A program made the position numbers and the translations under genes. DNA of 19,682 bases from Candidatus Fervidifonticultor quintus. GTDB taxonomy: Bacteria; Sysuimicrobiota; Sysuimicrobiia; Sysuimicrobiales; Humicultoraceae. The notes under the pieces were generated by a model that made no database searches, was not told the origin of the DNA, and saw only the letters and a program-made list of their open reading frames with translations. The first letter of the stretch is position 1, and each line of letters opens with the position of its first letter. The stretch lies in contig JAVKIJ010000058.1 of the NCBI GenBank assembly GCA_031459535.1, positions 1 to 19,682 of the forward strand, in the 5' to 3' direction. Positions 15,551 through 19,682 of the stretch are shown one piece after another.

Positions 15551-15994
15551 TTAGCGTGTGGCGTCAAGCTCAACCAGTGCGAGCAGGGCGGCCCCCGCGG
15601 CGGCCAGCTCGTCCTCGCTCCAGCCCCGGCACCCGCGGAAACGGCGCAGCGCGTCCTGGACGGCGCGCCGCACCTGGGCAGGCCGGTACTCCAGTACGAC
15701 CAGGTCCCGCCGGGCGGCGGCCAGGGCGCACACGCCCACAGCGCGGCCAAGGAGGTGAGCTGTCCTGGCGTTCCGCGGGTGGGAGGGGTTTTCGATGGCC
15801 AGGATGGCGGCCATGCTGCGGTCCAGGGCCTTCTCCACGGCCATGTACAGTCCGAGCAGCCTGCGGTTGGGGTCGTCCCCGTTGAGGACCAGCCGGCGGC
15901 GGAACAGCAGCCTGCCTGAGGCGTCTACGGCTACCAGGCCGGCAAACCGCGTGCCTGGATCCACGCCGAGGATCGCTACAGGTTCCACGGGCAC
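15551..15994 (-). CDS. ruvC: RuvC-like Holliday junction resolvase (stand-alone, divergent)
   Basis: ILGVDPGTRFAG, RRLLGLY, LAIENP, LGRAVGV, VLEYRPAQVRRAV and SEDELAAAG follow the RuvC motif order. Start is GTG 15994 or 15988. Confidence 0.82.
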   Translation of the reverse strand: MPVEPVAILGVDPGTRFAGLVAVDASGRLLFRRRLVLNGDDPNRRLLGLYMAVEKALDRSMAAILAIENPSHPRNARTAHLLGRAVGVCALAAARRDLVVLEYRPAQVRRAVQDALRRFRGCRGWSEDELAAAGAALLALVELDATR

Positions 15995-16719
15995 GCCGCC
16001 TCCAGGGGGTCTGGGCTCAGCACGCGTAGACTCCGAACACGGCCCCTCCGGATCGTGACCCGCAGGCCAGGGTAGTGGATTACGGTGTCCCCTGACACGG
16101 GGTGGGTGACGTCCAGGGGAGGCCCCAGCCTGGCCGTGACCTCGCGGGTCTGCAGGCCTGGAGCTACGCCTTCAGGGGTGGCGTGGAACGGGTGGGCGGT
16201 TTCCACCCAGACCACGTCCCCGAGGTCGCCTGGGTCGGGCGGCGCGTCGCGCTCCTGCCGGTTCCCGCTGGCCAGCAGGCAGGCGGCAACCCACCCGGAA
16301 GGGCCGCCCAGGACGTACGCGACAGAGCCTACGTGGAGCCAGCAAGCTCTGGCCCGGCGCAGCATCCGGAGGACCTCCGCCCTTGGCGGGCCGAGCTCGA
16401 AGGGGCCGACCCCCCGGCCGGGCAAGACTTCCCAGGCAGCCAGGGGCAGGGAAGCCGGATCGGGCATGAGGTAGTAGGGGAGCCTGGAAACGCGCCAGGC
16501 CTGAGCCGCCCAGGCGGCGCAACACAGGGTGGCCGCGGCGACGACAGCCCCGGCCTGCGGGGACGGGGCCAGGAGGGTCGCGAGGGCCCCTAGCGAGGCG
16601 GCTCCAGCGTACAGTCCGGCGAGCCTGGCCCGGGAGGCAGGGGTGGAGTTGTCGAGAGGGAGCCCCAGGAGCCCTTCCAGACGGGCCCTGCAGGCATGCT
16701 CCAGGACATCCAGGGACAT
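15976..16719 (-). CDS. Hypothetical membrane protein (two N-terminal TM segments plus two BLIP/SmpA-like repeats)
   Basis: Likely ATG at 16719, just downstream of a promoter. Hydrophobic stretches LAGLYAGAASLGALATLLA and AVVAAATLCCAAWAAQAW. Repeated motif PGRGVGPFELGPPRAEV / TPEGVAPGLQTREVTARLGPP. Confidence 0.65.
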   Translation of the reverse strand: MSLDVLEHACRARLEGLLGLPLDNSTPASRARLAGLYAGAASLGALATLLAPSPQAGAVVAAATLCCAAWAAQAWRVSRLPYYLMPDPASLPLAAWEVLPGRGVGPFELGPPRAEVLRMLRRARACWLHVGSVAYVLGGPSGWVAACLLASGNRQERDAPPDPGDLGDVVWVETAHPFHATPEGVAPGLQTREVTARLGPPLDVTHPVSGDTVIHYPGLRVTIRRGRVRSLRVLSPDPLEAACPWNL

Positions 16720-16730
16720 GTCCTGGCGAT

Positions 16731-16759
16731 ATAATGCCAGCCAGCAGGACAAGTGTCAA
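16731..16759 (-). promoter_or_regulatory. Sigma70-type promoter for the membrane protein / ruvC / minor pilin run
   Basis: Minus strand consensus TTGACA (16759-16754), 17 nt spacer, CATTAT (16736-16731), preceded by TGn (extended -10). Confidence 0.65.
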
Positions 16760-16848
16760 ACGGCGTCAAACGTACGGTATTGCTGGACTGACCAAATCCA
16801 GGCCGCCGCAAGCCCCTGGCTTCAGCCACGGGGATAAGGCGCCTGGTT

Positions 16849-16877
16849 TTGAGTAGTTGGAAATAGGGTGGTATGAT
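16849..16877 (+). promoter_or_regulatory. tnpA promoter
   Basis: TTGAGT (16849-16854), 17 nt spacer, TATGAT (16872-16877), with TGn extension. GTG at 16883 would give a leaderless mRNA. Confidence 0.65.
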
Positions 16878-16882
16878 AGTTG

Positions 16883-17290
16883 GTGTCGCGGTACACGGTG
16901 GAGTACAAGTCCAACAATAACGTGGTCTATTCCTGCAAGTACCACGTCATATGGTGCCCGAAGTACCGCCGTCCGGTGCTGGTCCCCGAGGTGGCCGAGC
17001 GGCTGAAGCAGATTATACGCACCGTGGCGAGCGAATGCGGTGCCGAAGTGATCGAACTGGAGGTTATGCCGGACCACGTGCATTTGCTGGTGGAAGTTGA
17101 TCCGCAGTTCGGCATCCACAAGCTGGTGCGGAAGATCAAGGGGCGATCATCCCGGCTCTTGCGGGACGAGTTTCGGTGGCTCAGGAGTCGGGTGCCGACC
17201 CTCTGGACGAACAGCTACTTCGTCGCCACGGTGGGAGGTGCACCGCTTGCCGTCATCAAGCAATACATCGAGCAACAGAAGCGGGTCTGA
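16883..17290 (+). CDS. tnpA: IS200/IS605 Y1 (HUH) transposase
   Basis: YSCKYHVIWCPKYRR, HUH motif MPDHVHLL, KGRSSR, LWTNSYF, and catalytic Tyr in IKQYIEQQK. Start could be 16880, 16883 or 16898. Confidence 0.97.
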   Translation: MSRYTVEYKSNNNVVYSCKYHVIWCPKYRRPVLVPEVAERLKQIIRTVASECGAEVIELEVMPDHVHLLVEVDPQFGIHKLVRKIKGRSSRLLRDEFRWLRSRVPTLWTNSYFVATVGGAPLAVIKQYIEQQKRV

Positions 17291-18815
17291 GCGCACACCC
17301 TCGTTCATCTGTGAGATCCCGCTCCGGGCCGCTCCAGCCGAGGCGCGTATCCTGAACGCCCGGCTGGAAGCCGCGCGGCAGGTGTACAACGCCTGCCTGG
17401 GCGAGGCGTTGCGGCGGGCGAAGCTCTTGCTGGAACGGCGGGCGTATCGCGAGGCGCAGCGTCTGCCAAAGGGGGAGGCGCGTACAGAGGTATTCCGTGC
17501 CGTTCGCCAGTCGGCCGCGTTCACGGACGCCGCCCTGCAACGGTATGCCGTACGGTTGCGCCAGCGCGCGTTCCGGGAGCACCTGGATGTTCACACAACG
17601 CAGAAGCTCGCCTCCCGCGCGTTTGCCGCCGTTAACGCTTGGCTGCTCGGTCAGCGCGGCCGGCCCAGGTTCAAGGCATACCGGCAGCTCGACACGGTGG
17701 AGGGCAAGTCCAACCACGCAGGTATCCGGTGGCGGGGCGACCACGTGGCGTGGTCCGGGGTCTTTCTCTCCGCCCTCCTCGACCCCCGCGACCCGGTGAT
17801 CACCCACGCGCTCTCCTGCAGGGTGAAGTATGTCCGGCTGGTACGCCGGAAGCTCCGTGGCCGGGACCGGTTCTACGCGCAACTGGTGTGCGAGGGTGCT
17901 CCCTACCGCAAGCCGTATCACCGCGTCGGCGACGCGGAAGTCGGCCTGGACATCGGCCCCTCCACCATCGCGGTCGTTGGAGAGGACGAGGCGATGCTCC
18001 TTCCCTTTTGCGAGGAGGTGGTGCGGGAACACCGAGCCATCCGTCGGTTGCAGCGGAAGCTCGACCGCCAGAGGCGGGCGAACAATCCGGAGAACTTCCT
18101 GCCAGACGGACGGGTGAAGCCCGGCCCGAAGCGGTGGGCGAAGTCCCGGCGCCAGCGCCGGACCGAGGGCGAGTTGGCGGAGCTTCTGCGTCGGGAAGCT
18201 GCCCACCGCAAGATGCTGCACGGGCGCTTGAGCAACCGTGTCCTGGCTGTAGGCAAGACCATCAAGACGGAAAAGCTTTCTTACCGCGCGTTGCAGCGGC
18301 AGTACGGCAGGTCTGTTGGGGTACGGGCGCCGGGGATGTTTGTCTCGATCCTGCGCCGCAAGGCTGAAAGTGCTGGCGGTAAGGTGATCGAGTTCCCCCC
18401 GCACAGGGCAAGGCTCTCCCAGGTCTGCCATCGCTGCGGCGCGGTGCGGAAGAAGCCCCTCGCCCAACGCGTCCACGCCTGTGAATGCGGGGTCACGATG
18501 CAGCGCGATTTGTACTCGGCATTCCTGGCGTGGTGCGTCGGGGAGGACGGGTTGCTCCACGCGGACCTGGCGCGTGAGCGCTGGTCGGGTGCGGAACCGC
18601 TCCTGCGGGCGGCGTGGAGCGAAGCTACCCAACCTGCGAGTGGGAGGGCGCTTCGTCCTTCCCCCTTCGGGACATGTTCCTGGAGTCGGAGCGGGTCGCC
18701 CGCGGAAGAGGGGATAGCCAAAGCCGAGGTCCGGGATGTTGTAGCGCACACGCAAGTGTGTGGCGAGAGCCCGGAAGAGGTTGCGGTGGTTCCCCTCAGA
18801 ACCCCCCGGCTTTAG
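17247..18815 (+). CDS. tnpB: RNA-guided endonuclease TnpB
   Basis: ARQVYNACL, GRPRFK, RuvC-I VGLDIGP, RuvC-II IKTEKLSY, Zn finger CHRC...CECG, RuvC-III QRDLYSA. Best start is TTG 17247, 8 nt after GGAGG (17234-17238). The stop lies inside the right-end hairpin. Confidence 0.92.
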   Translation: MPSSSNTSSNRSGSERTPSFICEIPLRAAPAEARILNARLEAARQVYNACLGEALRRAKLLLERRAYREAQRLPKGEARTEVFRAVRQSAAFTDAALQRYAVRLRQRAFREHLDVHTTQKLASRAFAAVNAWLLGQRGRPRFKAYRQLDTVEGKSNHAGIRWRGDHVAWSGVFLSALLDPRDPVITHALSCRVKYVRLVRRKLRGRDRFYAQLVCEGAPYRKPYHRVGDAEVGLDIGPSTIAVVGEDEAMLLPFCEEVVREHRAIRRLQRKLDRQRRANNPENFLPDGRVKPGPKRWAKSRRQRRTEGELAELLRREAAHRKMLHGRLSNRVLAVGKTIKTEKLSYRALQRQYGRSVGVRAPGMFVSILRRKAESAGGKVIEFPPHRARLSQVCHRCGAVRKKPLAQRVHACECGVTMQRDLYSAFLAWCVGEDGLLHADLARERWSGAEPLLRAAWSEATQPASGRALRPSPFGTCSWSRSGSPAEEGIAKAEVRDVVAHTQVCGESPEEVAVVPLRTPRL

Positions 18816-18851
18816 CCGTGGGGAGGTTCAGGTCTCCGGAGGAGGGCGCCG
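18600..18851 (+). ncRNA. Predicted TnpB reRNA/omegaRNA (scaffold overlapping the tnpB 3' end plus flank-derived guide); 5' boundary approximate
   Basis: Inferred from established TnpB biology: the scaffold ends at the IS right end (18831) and the guide is the adjacent flank GTCTCCGGAGGAGGGCGCCG. Confidence 0.55.
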
Positions 18852-19476
18852 CAAGCATGCAGTGCCAGGAGGCGGTTCCAGGCGGCCGGCCGGCGCGGGA
18901 AGCCTGCGCGTAAGGGCCGGTGGGCTGCGGCACCCACTCTGCCATGGGGTCTCGGGCCAGTAGCTCGAGGGCGTCCCAGTAGAGGGTCTCCGGGACAGGA
19001 GTGGGGACGCCGGAGGCGTCCAGGCTGAACACCTGGAGGGCGCAGGCCGGGGTGATGATGGCGACTGGCTGCTCGGGGCGCTGGGCCGGCGCGTGGATGC
19101 GGATTGTGAGGCGCTCTTCGCGCAGCAGCCGGACGCCCTGCTCTCCCTCCTGGCCGTACCAGAGGAGGGGGGTCGTTTTGCCGTCGTCGGATGGCGGGAG
19201 AGTCCGGTCGCACTGGCGCGCGTCGACCTCGACGGCGTACGGCTGCTCGGGGTCGTCTTCGTAGAGGAGCACTATGGTGGCTTGTCGCTGGTAGTAGGTG
19301 ACGGGCGTCCCCGGCGGTGGGAGCTCCTGGAGGAGGTGCTCGGTCGCCGGAGGGACAAGGACGCGCAGGGCGCCCGCGTTCCACGACAGCCACAGCAAGC
19401 CACGGGCGGCGTGCGGGGTGGACCAGTAGTTGGTGGACAGAACTCGCTGGCCGTCGTTGGTGACCGTCACGGTCAT
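18796..19476 (-). CDS. Hypothetical protein whose last 11 residues are IS-derived
   Basis: ATG 19476 with AGGAGG RBS and ATGA overlap with the upstream stop. MTVTVTNDGQRVLSTNYWSTPHAARGLLWLSWNAGALRVLVP... reads into the IS right end (LNLPTAKAGGF*). Confidence 0.75.
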   Translation of the reverse strand: MTVTVTNDGQRVLSTNYWSTPHAARGLLWLSWNAGALRVLVPPATEHLLQELPPPGTPVTYYQRQATIVLLYEDDPEQPYAVEVDARQCDRTLPPSDDGKTTPLLWYGQEGEQGVRLLREERLTIRIHAPAQRPEQPVAIITPACALQVFSLDASGVPTPVPETLYWDALELLARDPMAEWVPQPTGPYAQASRAGRPPGTASWHCMLAAPSSGDLNLPTAKAGGF

Positions 19477-19682
19477 GGAGCGACGTCCTCCTGTCGGGCC
19501 TTCGTGCGACTGGCGGGGCGCTGGACCGCTCGGCGGCGCTTCTTGCTGGTCTTGCGGATGGGGCTCCATGAAGTGTTCCGAGGCGCTCGCACTGCCTGGC
19601 TCATTCGTGTCTGTGCTCGCCCGGCGGCGCGGGCTGCATAGACATCTGCGATGAACTTGCGGAGTTCTTTCTGCGACTGCCA
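19473..19682 (-). CDS. 3' end of a hypothetical protein with a basic tail, 5' end beyond the window
   Basis: Frame is open from 19682 to TGA at 19473-19475: WQSQKELRKFIADVYAARAAGRAQ...IRKTSKKRRRAVQRPASRTKARQEDVAP*. The stop overlaps the next ATG. Confidence 0.55.
   Translation of the reverse strand, partial: WQSQKELRKFIADVYAARAAGRAQTRMSQAVRAPRNTSWSPIRKTSKKRRRAVQRPASRTKARQEDVAP

Larger units (their letters stand above)
16793..18831 (+). mobile_element. IS200/IS605-family insertion sequence (tnpA + tnpB), 2039 bp
   Basis: Left end: TGAC|CAAATCCAGGCCGCCG-CAAG-CCCCTGGCTTCAGCCACGGGG. Right end: GAAC-CCCCCGGCTTTAGCCGTGGGG-AGGT-TCAG|. The layout matches IS608 ends. The guide/cleavage pairs CAAG/TGAC and GAAC/TCAG follow the same pairing rule as IS608 AAAG/TTAC and GAAT/TCAA. 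No target duplication. Confidence 0.93.

Noticed and set aside
17256-18755. 499-aa minus-strand ORF and 242-aa plus-strand ORF within tnpB
   Set aside because: Antisense or alternate-frame shadows of tnpB with no motifs.
17247-18815. Possible Cas12f or CRISPR effector
   Set aside because: No repeat-spacer array or cas genes are present, and the gene lies within IS605 ends next to tnpA, so it is TnpB.

Overview
This is a high-GC bacterial window, and the encoded secretin implies a diderm host. About 15 kb of the minus strand (517-15530) is a compact, translationally coupled type IV pilus (T4aP-like) locus. In transcription order it encodes PilV-like, two tandem PilW-like paralogs with different Pro/Gly/Cys-rich tails, PilX-like, FimT-like, a major pilin with its own promoter and a downstream hairpin, PilB, PilC, two more pilins, PilT, an unassigned exported multidomain protein, a fused PilM-PilN, PilO-like, PilP-like and a secretin. 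It ends with what looks like a catalytically dead Ycf45/SpoIIIAA-type AAA protein, followed by a GT2 glycosyltransferase that runs off the left edge. A membrane protein and a stand-alone RuvC-like nuclease lie upstream in the same orientation. A complete IS200/IS605 element (tnpA + tnpB) can be delimited at 16793-18831 from its hairpins and guide/cleavage tetranucleotides (target TGAC). It inserted into the last codons of a hypothetical gene. No prepilin peptidase, PilY1, CRISPR array or rRNA/tRNA gene is visible. All family calls rest on motif recognition by eye, not database searches.
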